Shown here: piece by piece, positions 1 to 8,632 of the stretch
How positions within the stretch are numbered: the stretch's first letter is position 1
Layout: the number at the start of each line of letters is the position of its first letter
Assembly: GCA_964566015.1 (NCBI GenBank)
Contig: CAZMHE010000001.1
Location: 1-47,193 of the forward strand
Direction: 5' to 3'
DNA length: 47,193 nucleotides
Origin: an uncultured Sangeribacter sp.
Lineage (GTDB): Bacteria; Bacteroidota; Bacteroidia; Bacteroidales; Muribaculaceae
The notes under the pieces: generated by a model
What the model saw: the letters and a program-made list of their open reading frames with translations, nothing else
Told to the model about the DNA's origin: nothing
Databases searched by the model: none
Made by a program: the position numbers and the translations under genes

Positions 1-14
1 TCAAAAAAATTGAG

Positions 15-22
15 TAATTTTG
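15..22 (+). promoter_or_regulatory. Bacteroidetes sigma-A -7 element (TAATTTTG) upstream of the ECF sigma gene
   Basis: Matches TAnnTTTG about 35 nt before the ATG; the -33 element would lie outside the window. Confidence 0.45.
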
Positions 23-56
23 TTGCAAAAGAGGGGAGGAGTTCGTATTGTAGGTG

Positions 57-548
57 ATGAACGGAGAATTATTGACTGAAGCATTCAGAAAAATAAGGGC
101 ACGGTTCGCCAGTGCCGGAAGGGGAGATGATGATGTCATCGACTCCCTTCAGGATGCTTTCTGCCGGTTATGGTCACAACGTGACCGTATCCCGGAGAAG
201 AATCAGGCAGAGACCCTTCTCTCTCATACGGCCCGGAATATCCGCATCGATCAGTTCAGACGGAAAGCACGTCATCCTCAGACGGATTTAGATTCCTTGG
301 AAGGTATTCCAGATAACGATTCGTCACCTGACGAAGCCGGTGAATTATTCCCAACTATCGACCGTCTCGTCAGAACCAGCATTAGTCCACGTGACCGTGA
401 GATCCTTTACCTACGCGACCGTGACGGATGGGAATACGAGGATCTCGCACGCCGATTCAATCTGTCGGAGTCAAACATAAGAATGATTGTTTCCCGTTCA
501 AGAAAATTAATTCGCGAACTTTATAGAAAACACACAAAACATATATGA
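57..548 (+). CDS. ECF-type RNA polymerase sigma-70 factor
   Basis: Region 2 (DSLQDAFCRLW...ARNIRIDQFRR) and region 4 HTH (REILYLRDRDGWEYEDLARRFNLSESNIRMIVSRSRK); ATG at 57 preferred to GTG at 54. Confidence 0.9.
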   Translation: MNGELLTEAFRKIRARFASAGRGDDDVIDSLQDAFCRLWSQRDRIPEKNQAETLLSHTARNIRIDQFRRKARHPQTDLDSLEGIPDNDSSPDEAGELFPTIDRLVRTSISPRDREILYLRDRDGWEYEDLARRFNLSESNIRMIVSRSRKLIRELYRKHTKHI

Positions 549-988
549 ATCAGGATAGTCTTCACAATCTTATCGAGCGTTACTTCGACGGAGAAACCTC
601 CGTGAAGGAGGAGAAGGATCTTCTCGAGGCTCTCCTTTCACAGACCGACGGTGATCCGGAGAAGGATGAGGTTCTTGCCGTAATGGGTTATTCAGCCATG
701 ATACCAAAAGCCAAGTTTGCGGGCAAGATTGGGTGGGTAAGATACGCTGCATCTGCTGCAGTCATCCTTATTCTTGCTATTGTCGGGTTAACTGTGTGGG
801 AATCCGTTGAAACGGGGATTAACAATGAATGTTACGCTTATGTCAATGGCCAAAGGGTAGAAAACGAGACTCAGATAAGACTCCTTGTAGAGAGTCAACT
901 CGAGGAGATGTCGGAGGCATCGGATGAAATTCAAAATCAAATCAGCGCGGATTTCAATGATTTCCGCGACATATTGGGAATAAACTGA
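545..988 (+). CDS. Putative anti-sigma factor, single-pass membrane protein
   Basis: 4-nt overlap with the sigma gene; N-terminal LIERYFDGETSVKEEKDL motif typical of Bacteroidetes anti-sigma proteins; one TM helix (AASAAVILILAIVGL). Confidence 0.75.
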   Translation: MNQDSLHNLIERYFDGETSVKEEKDLLEALLSQTDGDPEKDEVLAVMGYSAMIPKAKFAGKIGWVRYAASAAVILILAIVGLTVWESVETGINNECYAYVNGQRVENETQIRLLVESQLEEMSEASDEIQNQISADFNDFRDILGIN

Positions 989-999
989 CTGGAGGGGAT

Positions 1000-1434
1000 A
1001 TGAAAAGATTGATTATTATTTTGGTATTCTTAGTGACATCGCTCTTTGCAATGGCTCAGAAGGGTCTGAATATCGATGGATTCTTCACGGAATCTTTTGC
1101 TTCAAAGCCTGACGTCACCATGATTTCTCTTTCCGGCAGTCAGATTGAGAAAAGAGGTCTTGAAATATACAAGAGTCTTTCTGTAAGCGGGAACAATGAG
1201 ATTGCAGACCGAATTGCTGAAGCTGTAAGAAAGGATGGCTCACACGCCAAATCGAAAGAAGTATCCTATAATAACGGTCAGCTATATTTCGGATTCTATT
1301 TCTTAGGCGGGTCGGGAACGGAACGAAAATATATCCTTTTTCTCGACCGAAGAGCCGTAGGGAAAAATAAGACAACCCTCATCTTCATCAAAGGGAATAT
1401 GGATACTGAGGGAATAAAGAAACTTATTAAATAA
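1000..1434 (+). CDS. Secreted/periplasmic protein, DUF6108/DUF4252-like
   Basis: Signal peptide MKRLIIILVFLVTSLFAMAQ; position in a Bacteroidetes ECF operon; C-terminal TLIFIKG motif. Confidence 0.6.
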   Translation: MKRLIIILVFLVTSLFAMAQKGLNIDGFFTESFASKPDVTMISLSGSQIEKRGLEIYKSLSVSGNNEIADRIAEAVRKDGSHAKSKEVSYNNGQLYFGFYFLGGSGTERKYILFLDRRAVGKNKTTLIFIKGNMDTEGIKKLIK

Positions 1435-1442
1435 CTATATTT

Positions 1443-2330
1443 ATGTATTATTGCAAAGCTTTACTCTCATTTTTACTGGCGACCATGACATTAGCCGTAT
1501 ATGGAAGGGAGACGGCCGATACCGTGAAGGTTATCAAGAGACCCAAGAGTGTGATAGTGACACAATCCGGAACGACTACTACCATCGAGGCAGTTTTCCT
1601 CAGCAAGGATTCCTTAGTTCAGGAGACTTATCTGTATGAGGTCAATATAAAAAACAAGACCCGTGAATCGACCGATTCTTTCCCGGATAATTGGGGAATG
1701 AGTTTCCCATTCATGCATTCAGATTCACAGAAAGGATCTAAAGACAATAGTCTCAGGAAAAGTATCGTCGGCGGTCGCCACATCTACTGGGGTTGGCGTT
1801 TCAACTATGCAGACAAGGGAAACATAAAGAACTGCTATGAATTAGGAGTGAGAGACCTGATCGGAGTGGCTTGGAGCATAAGAGGTTCGGAATTTGAGAT
1901 TGGTCTCGGTTTCGGAATGAAACGACTCCTGGCACAGGATAGCTTCATGTATGATGGTTCAGATGGACAAATTCATATTCTGCCCGTGCCGGAAGGGATG
2001 ACACAGAAATGGTCTCGTCTTGATATGAGCTGCATACATGTCCCGATACTATTTAATCAGAAAATCGGTAGTGTGGCAACTTTCACAGTGGGAGGAATCT
2101 TGAACTTCAATGTCTACGCAAGAGGGGAGACCAGATTGTCAACGGGAAATTTGAAAATAAAAAACACTTATAAAGGCCTACATCAAAACTTTTTCACTCC
2201 GGAGTTAATGGCCGCATTCCATCTTGAGGGGATAGGACTATATTCCTCATGGAGTCCGATAGAACTTTTTAAAAAACCATATGGCCCGTCTGTCAAGGGA
2301 TGGTCAATAGGTATTGAATTATTCTTCTAA
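1443..2330 (+). CDS. Outer-membrane beta-barrel protein (porin/PorT-like)
   Basis: Signal peptide, alternating amphipathic strands, C-terminal ...SIGIELFF. Confidence 0.65.
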   Translation: MYYCKALLSFLLATMTLAVYGRETADTVKVIKRPKSVIVTQSGTTTTIEAVFLSKDSLVQETYLYEVNIKNKTRESTDSFPDNWGMSFPFMHSDSQKGSKDNSLRKSIVGGRHIYWGWRFNYADKGNIKNCYELGVRDLIGVAWSIRGSEFEIGLGFGMKRLLAQDSFMYDGSDGQIHILPVPEGMTQKWSRLDMSCIHVPILFNQKIGSVATFTVGGILNFNVYARGETRLSTGNLKIKNTYKGLHQNFFTPELMAAFHLEGIGLYSSWSPIELFKKPYGPSVKGWSIGIELFF

Positions 2331-2343
2331 TCACATCGAAGTC

Positions 2344-3243
2344 ATGAAAATAAACAGTATAGTTTGCGTTACGGCAACCACCTTGCTGGCCACTCTATCC
2401 GCTTTATCATCATCTGCCCAGACCTGCGATACTCTCGTCAATGTCAATCAAGCCTCAAAGCTTGTCATAACGGAAGATACACGTGGAACTAATATTATTG
2501 TAAAGGATGTTGAAGATGATGAAAATGAAGATATCAATCTTACTGTGGAATATCCGCCGGAAGCATCTGTCCAGTCCACCCAATCAAATAAAAGAGTATT
2601 AGTTGAAGCTCTCCTACACCCCAATAAATTCCGACGTCGTGTTGAATTGGATTTTGGAGTTGAGGGAATTTGTCTCGGCCTCACCCAAGCCACCGGATGC
2701 GGGTCATCCGAGACTCCTGAATGGTCAAAGTCTATCGAAATAGGATGGTTGAGTTGTCTGAGTGTTGGATACTTTTACAGAAACAGCGGTTTTACCATCG
2801 GAATTGGCTTCAACTGGCGAAATTATAAAATAACAACTCCGGATTACCGTTTTGCCGTGACTCCCGTAAAGGGACTTGAGATGGTGCCATATCTACCGGA
2901 TGAAAATCCTAAGTATTCACGTCTGAAGATTTTCTCACTCCAGTTGCCCATATTATACAGGCTTCATATTTCCGGCACCTCATTGGGACTGAAAGTTGGC
3001 CCCATCCTGAATTTCAACACTTATGGATCGGTTAAAACAATATACCAACCGGCCGAAGGGAAGAGAATTGAGGATTTCAATAAGGATATCAACCAAAGAA
3101 GATTCACACTGGACTTTTTCGGCAGTTTATCCCTTAACAAGACAATAGGAGTGTATGTCAGATATTCCCCGATGACAGTCATGGATGCACCCGGATCGTT
3201 TAACTTCCGCCCATTTACGATAGGAATAGGTATCGGAATCTGA
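2344..3243 (+). CDS. Outer-membrane beta-barrel protein, paralog of the upstream gene
   Basis: Start reassigned to ATG 2344 (MKINSIV signal peptide). Shared motifs with the upstream protein: IGIGFNWR/IGLGFGMK, SRLKIFSLQLPIL/SRLDMSCIHVPIL, GPILNFN/GGILNFN, YSP/WSP. Confidence 0.65.
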   Translation: MKINSIVCVTATTLLATLSALSSSAQTCDTLVNVNQASKLVITEDTRGTNIIVKDVEDDENEDINLTVEYPPEASVQSTQSNKRVLVEALLHPNKFRRRVELDFGVEGICLGLTQATGCGSSETPEWSKSIEIGWLSCLSVGYFYRNSGFTIGIGFNWRNYKITTPDYRFAVTPVKGLEMVPYLPDENPKYSRLKIFSLQLPILYRLHISGTSLGLKVGPILNFNTYGSVKTIYQPAEGKRIEDFNKDINQRRFTLDFFGSLSLNKTIGVYVRYSPMTVMDAPGSFNFRPFTIGIGIGI

Positions 3244-3245
3244 CC

Positions 3246-3297
3246 GACACATAAAAGAAAGAGAGGAGAAATTTCTCCTCTCTTTCTTTTATGTGTC
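3246..3297. terminator. Bidirectional intrinsic terminator; perfect 52-bp palindrome
   Basis: GACACATAAAAGAAAGAGAGGAGAAA followed directly by its exact reverse complement, between convergent genes. Confidence 0.8.
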
Positions 3298-3635
3298 TAT
3301 TTCTTCTTACGTCGGAAGATTGAGGTCACCTTTCTCACCGAATTGAATATTGAAAAACCAAGAACGGCATAATCAAGATAATTCAACCCTGTCAGCAGTT
3401 TGGTGACGACAAATTTGGATTTTGCCGGAAGACTTTCGGCTGCCGAAGAGGGCGAGAACGGATTGGTCTTTCTGAGTCTGTCGACATTCTTTATCAGTTT
3501 GGCCTTGCAGAACTCTTTTCGGAGAGTGACGAGGGCACGCTGATAACGAAGCTCTTCGAGTGTATAACCTTTGAAAGAATTTTCCGGAAACGTGATATCG
3601 TCTGCCTTAACTTTTGCTTGTTCTAATTCTTTCAT
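3297..3635 (-). CDS. Hypothetical protein in the YqjK-like position after a holin-like gene
   Basis: 112-aa ORF 2 nt downstream of the holin-like gene; hydrophobic C-terminal stretch and basic tail. Confidence 0.6.
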   Translation of the reverse strand: MKELEQAKVKADDITFPENSFKGYTLEELRYQRALVTLRKEFCKAKLIKNVDRLRKTNPFSPSSAAESLPAKSKFVVTKLLTGLNYLDYAVLGFSIFNSVRKVTSIFRRKKK

Positions 3636-3637
3636 AG

Positions 3638-4021
3638 TTAATCAGTTTTAGATTTATTATCACGCTCCTTAGTCTCGCTTCTGTCAAGCATCACCCTTGT
3701 GATGAACTTTGCCACAGGGTTGATCACAAGCGGACGACGCATCAGATATATGGCCAGTATCATCAGAATGACTATCCCGGCGACACTTAGATATGCCAGA
3801 GCAGGAGCCATGATCAGTTTGAAGACGTCGGCAAGAGCGAGCAGAAGCATTATCATGATCGGCAAAAGCAAGATTGCCAATACCGCACCGAGAATCAGAG
3901 AACTCGCAAGCACTACAAGCTTTTCTGCGGCAGTGAGCTTGATATACTCCAGCTCAAGTTTCGCCCATGTGAGCGACTGGCTGTAGACCTCCCTGATATC
4001 TTCTGAAATTTTTGACTTCAT
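3638..4021 (-). CDS. Phage holin family (YqjE-like) membrane protein
   Basis: LELEYIKLTAAEK motif followed by two TM helices; downstream of YtxH genes. Confidence 0.7.
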   Translation of the reverse strand: MKSKISEDIREVYSQSLTWAKLELEYIKLTAAEKLVVLASSLILGAVLAILLLPIMIMLLLALADVFKLIMAPALAYLSVAGIVILMILAIYLMRRPLVINPVAKFITRVMLDRSETKERDNKSKTD

Positions 4022-4038
4022 TTATGCTGAACCTATAT

Positions 4039-4076
4039 AAAAAGGAGGGGGCGAGTCTTTAAGTCTCACCCCCTCC
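4039..4076 (-). terminator. Intrinsic terminator after the YtxH pair
   Basis: Minus strand GGAGGGGGTGAG...CTCGCCCCCTCC followed by TTTTT. Confidence 0.7.
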
Positions 4077-4089
4077 CGAGTTTCTTCTT

Positions 4090-4284
4090 TTATTCCTCCG
4101 CGTTGGCGAGCTCGGCCACAAGGGCGTCAACCTCGCTGTCGCTGATGCGGATTCCTTTCTTCTTGAGGAGGGCTACAATTCTTGCCCTCACATCAGCACC
4201 CTTTTCGGGAGCAAAAAGGAGAGCGGCACTGCACCCTACGATTGCTCCTCCAAGAAATGCATATAGAATATTGAGACTTTTCAT
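4090..4284 (-). CDS. YtxH domain-containing protein
   Basis: FLGGAIVGCSAALLFAPEKGADVR fits the YtxH signature. Confidence 0.85.
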   Translation of the reverse strand: MKSLNILYAFLGGAIVGCSAALLFAPEKGADVRARIVALLKKKGIRISDSEVDALVAELANAEE

Positions 4285-4311
4285 AATTTATTATCCTGGA
4301 GTGTGTTTTGC

Positions 4312-4512
4312 TTAAGCATTCTCAATCTGATCCTCGATCTCATCAACAAGCTCTTCCATCTTGTCTTTCTTGAGGCAGATACCTTTCTCTTTCAGAGCCT
4401 TGATGATGTTCTTACGGGTTTTATCGCCTTTCTCGGGCGCGAGAAGAAGACCTACTGCCGCACCGGCGACTGCACCACCGATTACTGCGCTGATAACATG
4501 AATTGCTTTCAT
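4312..4512 (-). CDS. YtxH domain-containing protein
   Basis: GGAVAGAAVGLLLAPEKGDKTR YtxH signature. Confidence 0.85.
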   Translation of the reverse strand: MKAIHVISAVIGGAVAGAAVGLLLAPEKGDKTRKNIIKALKEKGICLKKDKMEELVDEIEDQIENA

Positions 4513-4631
4513 TTTCTTTATATTTATTAGTTTTGTTTTCAGTTAATTTACCGGGGGAACATACATTTATAATCCCCTTACATCATTATAACATCCGAAA
4601 CCGATTTTGGTTTCAGACATGCTCATTTTTT

Positions 4632-5177
4632 TCAGATTTCTGCCCTCAATGCAGGGGTTGCTACCTCCTGATAAGCCTGCAGACCCTTCTGACTTAGCTC
4701 AACCATGCGGAAATCCCCTTCGGGTGTCACCATCTTCACGTGATAATCATCTACCATGGTCATGAAGGGAACCACTTCTCCCTCTCCCGTTACAACCGAC
4801 CATGTGCTCTCTTCATCATCGAAAGAGAGTCGCACAACCGAACCGTCGGGATTCGTGATGTCATACCCTTTCCCGTCACATGCGATATAATAATTGCCGT
4901 GGTCAGTCTCAACCACCTTCACATTGGCCTCCACCGGATTGTTTCCGCTCCAGAATTCAATGGAATTGAGCACGATGAGATCTGCAACGCCCGTCACTTC
5001 ATATACCGGGAGAATCCAGAAGGCAAAAAACACAAGCTCATTGATAAATTTTGAACCCACCTGCCGGTTCCATGACAAAACCTTGTTGGTGAGGGCAAAG
5101 CTCCCAATACAAGACTGCAGGGGAAGAAGAGCTGCCATAGCAATCACGACGCTGACCAATACGGGATATTTTTTCAT
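4632..5177 (-). CDS. DUF3332 family protein (probable lipoprotein)
   Basis: LQSCIGSFALTNKVLSWN...NELVF...DLIVLNSIEFWSGNNP motif; lipobox-like LQSC. Confidence 0.8.
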   Translation of the reverse strand: MKKYPVLVSVVIAMAALLPLQSCIGSFALTNKVLSWNRQVGSKFINELVFFAFWILPVYEVTGVADLIVLNSIEFWSGNNPVEANVKVVETDHGNYYIACDGKGYDITNPDGSVVRLSFDDEESTWSVVTGEGEVVPFMTMVDDYHVKMVTPEGDFRMVELSQKGLQAYQEVATPALRAEI

Positions 5178-5267
5178 AAATCTTAAGTTAGATATATTTG
5201 TGGATAAAGTTTAGTTTTATACTTCCCAACACACCGCACCCGTTATTTGTTCATTGAAGAAATATTA

Positions 5268-6728
5268 TTAATGTCTCTTTTTTGATTTTTTCGTCTGCCC
5301 GGAAGTTGTCTCGGGAAATCTATTGTAATAATCATAGACCATCATGACATTGTCGACAAAATCAATTGTCTCGCTGCCCCGGAAATATCCGTTTCTCACA
5401 ACAGGATCATTATAGTATTGAGGACGACTTTTGAGGAGGGCTGCCTCGCTTACATTGCCATTCCATACCTCCGGATCAAGACCGAACTTTCCGGCAAGAG
5501 CAATGGCATCATAAATATGACCAAGCCCGCAGTTATAGGCAGCTATCACGAATTTCCGTCTCTCCTTCGGATCATTCACTTTTCCCGCAAGGGAATCATC
5601 AAGTTTTCTGAGGAGCAATGCAGCGGCCTTGACATTGGCATCAGGCGATGTTATATCTTCCACACCCATCGCCTGTGCAGTAGCCGGCATGAGCTGCATG
5701 ATTCCCTGAGCACCGGCCCATGATACAACTTCATTATCAAACCTCGACTCTATGAAACTTATAGCCGCAAGAAGTTTCCAGTCATAACCTGCAATTCCGG
5801 CATGTCGCTTGAATGAGTCATCAAAAGGGGAGAGCTTTCCATCTTCACGAATAGCCACTCCAAGGAGATCTTCAGGATTTTCGTTAATGGGGAGGGTCTT
5901 GCTTTTCTCAAAATATTTCCGGTAGACGGCACGCATCATGTCTGTTGTTTCCTTACGTTTCCCCCAACGGTCTATTCGAGCCGCGAGAGAATCGCAATCT
6001 TTCCCTACGGCCCATGAAGAATACTGGTCAAGAGAAACACGCAGACTAATGTCGAGATTCGGGAAGTAGGAATGGTTGAGTTCCGCAATATCGGAATCCA
6101 CGACGGTCATCGGAAGCTCCCCACGGTCAACCATTGCTATAAGATCTTCAGCTATCAGAGTGTCCTTGCGAATCGGCACGATCTCTATCCCGCCCCCGAG
6201 TTCGGCATTGAGATTGTTCATGCGGTAATGATACCGCGAGTCTTTTTCCACAACAACCCTCTTACCGACAAGTCCGGTGACGTCAGTGACCCTGTCAGCT
6301 CCTTGAGGCTGCACAAGCACCTGCCATGTCACTTCTTTATTGCCGCAATGTCTCACACGATCCTGATATTCCTCAATGACAGGAACCGGATAGGCTGCAA
6401 GGTCGGCCTCTCCCTTCTCAAGCATATTCAGGAGGGACTGGAGCGAGGGAGCTATCTTCAGGTCGATCACCATCCCCTCATCTTCAGCAAACCTGCATAG
6501 ATTCTCATAATCAAATCCCATGTCGCTGCCACGGTAGCGGAAATATGATGACGGGCCGTAAAGAGTGACCGCGTGAAGAGTATCAGGCACATTCTCTCCA
6601 TTGTCACTGCCGCCCCCAGCACTTCCGCACGAAAAGACAATTGAAGCTATTGTCATAAACAGTGCTCCGGGGAACAACCTGCCGATCTTTCCCCCTGACA
6701 CTCCTCCTAAACCTGATTGTCTTTTCAT
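5268..6728 (-). CDS. MltF-like lytic transglycosylase (substrate-binding domain + SLT domain)
   Basis: GFDYE SBP motif; SLT motifs IESRF, GAQGIMQLMPATA, AAYNCG; real start may be slightly downstream. Confidence 0.85.
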   Translation of the reverse strand: MKRQSGLGGVSGGKIGRLFPGALFMTIASIVFSCGSAGGGSDNGENVPDTLHAVTLYGPSSYFRYRGSDMGFDYENLCRFAEDEGMVIDLKIAPSLQSLLNMLEKGEADLAAYPVPVIEEYQDRVRHCGNKEVTWQVLVQPQGADRVTDVTGLVGKRVVVEKDSRYHYRMNNLNAELGGGIEIVPIRKDTLIAEDLIAMVDRGELPMTVVDSDIAELNHSYFPNLDISLRVSLDQYSSWAVGKDCDSLAARIDRWGKRKETTDMMRAVYRKYFEKSKTLPINENPEDLLGVAIREDGKLSPFDDSFKRHAGIAGYDWKLLAAISFIESRFDNEVVSWAGAQGIMQLMPATAQAMGVEDITSPDANVKAAALLLRKLDDSLAGKVNDPKERRKFVIAAYNCGLGHIYDAIALAGKFGLDPEVWNGNVSEAALLKSRPQYYNDPVVRNGYFRGSETIDFVDNVMMVYDYYNRFPETTSGQTKKSKKRH

Positions 6729-8632
6729 GTGTGCCTGTAAATTTGATTTTCAACTTCGATGAAACCTTCGTTACACAAGAAAGAGAGTGCTCTCGCAATG
6801 GTATCGGAATCTCTATGTACGTGTGCAATAATCATCTGTAGCGTGGCACCACTCTCATAAATGCGGAGAAACTCCATGACCTCGGATGCAGTCTCTCCGA
6901 CATCATCAACTTTCTTTCCGGTCTTACCATTCCGTTCCCGGCACACATCACAACGTCTGCAGTCATGCGGATCCTCCTCTCCGAAATATGAGAGCATCCT
7001 GCTGACCCTGCATCCCGAAGAGGAAAAAGCATAGTCGATCATTGCCTCCGTCCGTCGTGAAAGAATCTTTTTCCTGTCCTCGTAAATAGTGATTCCGATC
7101 AAGAGGGCACTCCGCTCCTCCCTCGAAGTGGGGAAGTAGATCACCGGAAGATCCGAGCGTGGAATATAACTTATTACTTTCCTCCGCGAAAGTTCAAGCA
7201 TGGACTCATACACATCTTTTTCGCTTATAGCGAGTGATGTGGCTATCTCAGGCTCCCAGATATAGACATAGTCGGAGAAAAGACCCGTGTAGAGACGCAT
7301 ACACATCGACAGGACTCTTTCAGTGGTCTTTGTCAAGTCCGTTATATGGTAAAGATCTTCACGGTTGCAGACCATCTTCATGCGCGACCTGCTGTCGGTG
7401 GTCTCGATAAACTGCAGATAACCGGCCTTGTGGAGCAGGTTGAGCGATGCCCGGCACTGTTTCTCCTGAATCTTGAAGAGCCTGCAGAACTTCATTATGT
7501 CAAACTGCCTGACCTCATCATATCCCTCGCCGACAGAGACACGGAGAAAGTTGCAGACATGCTCATAGGTCTCCTTGATCACATCTCTCGGCGGGAATGC
7601 TTCCGTGACCCTGCGTCTGAGCACACCGGGGTCATTTTTTGAAGCTAAAAGCACTGCATATGAATTCAGTCCGTCACGACCCGCACGCCCGGCTTCCTGA
7701 TAATATTCCTCAAGAGAGGAGGGTATATCATAATGAATCACGACACGTACATCCGGTTTGTCTATACCCATTCCGAATGCGTTGGTGGCGACCATTACCC
7801 TGACATCGCCGCGTTGCCAGAGATTCTGTCTCTCTTCCTTGACACGGCTGTCGAGCCCGGCATGATAAAAGGTGGAGCTTATCCCGAAAGACTCAAGATA
7901 TTCGCTTATATCCTTTGAGCGGCGACGACTCCTTACATAGACAATCGAAGAACCCGTGGTTCGCGACAGGATATGGAACACATCATGAATCTTGCTCTCG
8001 GACGGGCGCACAAGATAGCTGATATTATCGCGGACAAAACTTTTTCTGAAGACCCTCGCATCCCTGAATTGCAGCTGTCTGCTTATATCTTCGGCCACTT
8101 CGGGAGTGGCTGTGGCGGTCAGTGCAAGCACAGCCACATCCGGTTTAACCTTTCTGAGATCCTTGATATTGAGATATGACGGGCGGAAATCATAACCCCA
8201 CTGAGAGATGCAGTGAGCTTCGTCGACAACTATAAGGCGTATATCGAGATTCCTCATCTCGAGCATAAACCGGTCATTGCCGAGTCTTTCCGGTGAGACG
8301 TACAGAAATCTTGCGCCTCCGTTTACAATCTTCTCCCAGGCGAGTCTTGTCTCCCTTGCCGACATTCCGCTGTGTAGACAAGCAGCTTTGATATGCCGTT
8401 TTTTCAAATTGTCAACCTGATCCTTCATCAGGGAGACGAGGGGAGTTATGACTACTGTAAGTCCGGCATCATAATAAAGACCCGGAACCTGGAACGTGAT
8501 TGACTTTCCACCTCCGGTCGGCATAAGCCCGAGAGTGTCGTGGCCTTCGAGTACGGAACGGATTATATCCTCCTGAAGGGGTCTGAACTCGTCATACCCC
8601 CAATAGCGCTTCAGAATCCCGTGAAGATCCAT
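6725..8632 (-). CDS. recQ: RecQ family ATP-dependent DNA helicase
   Basis: MPTGGGKS, VDEAHCISQWGYDFRP, YYQEAGRAGRDG, Zn-binding CR...C-x2-C-D-x-C. Confidence 0.93.
   Translation of the reverse strand: MDLHGILKRYWGYDEFRPLQEDIIRSVLEGHDTLGLMPTGGGKSITFQVPGLYYDAGLTVVITPLVSLMKDQVDNLKKRHIKAACLHSGMSARETRLAWEKIVNGGARFLYVSPERLGNDRFMLEMRNLDIRLIVVDEAHCISQWGYDFRPSYLNIKDLRKVKPDVAVLALTATATPEVAEDISRQLQFRDARVFRKSFVRDNISYLVRPSESKIHDVFHILSRTTGSSIVYVRSRRRSKDISEYLESFGISSTFYHAGLDSRVKEERQNLWQRGDVRVMVATNAFGMGIDKPDVRVVIHYDIPSSLEEYYQEAGRAGRDGLNSYAVLLASKNDPGVLRRRVTEAFPPRDVIKETYEHVCNFLRVSVGEGYDEVRQFDIMKFCRLFKIQEKQCRASLNLLHKAGYLQFIETTDSRSRMKMVCNREDLYHITDLTKTTERVLSMCMRLYTGLFSDYVYIWEPEIATSLAISEKDVYESMLELSRRKVISYIPRSDLPVIYFPTSREERSALLIGITIYEDRKKILSRRTEAMIDYAFSSSGCRVSRMLSYFGEEDPHDCRRCDVCRERNGKTGKKVDDVGETASEVMEFLRIYESGATLQMIIAHVHRDSDTIARALSFLCNEGFIEVENQIYRHT

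Noticed and set aside
3638-4021. Holin-like gene as a sign of a prophage
   Set aside because: No endolysin, integrase or structural phage genes; the YtxH context indicates a cellular module
5199-5207. Perfect DnaA box (TGTGGATAA) upstream of the DUF3332 gene
   Set aside because: Single isolated copy with no cluster or unwinding element; compatible with chance, and dif nearby argues against oriC
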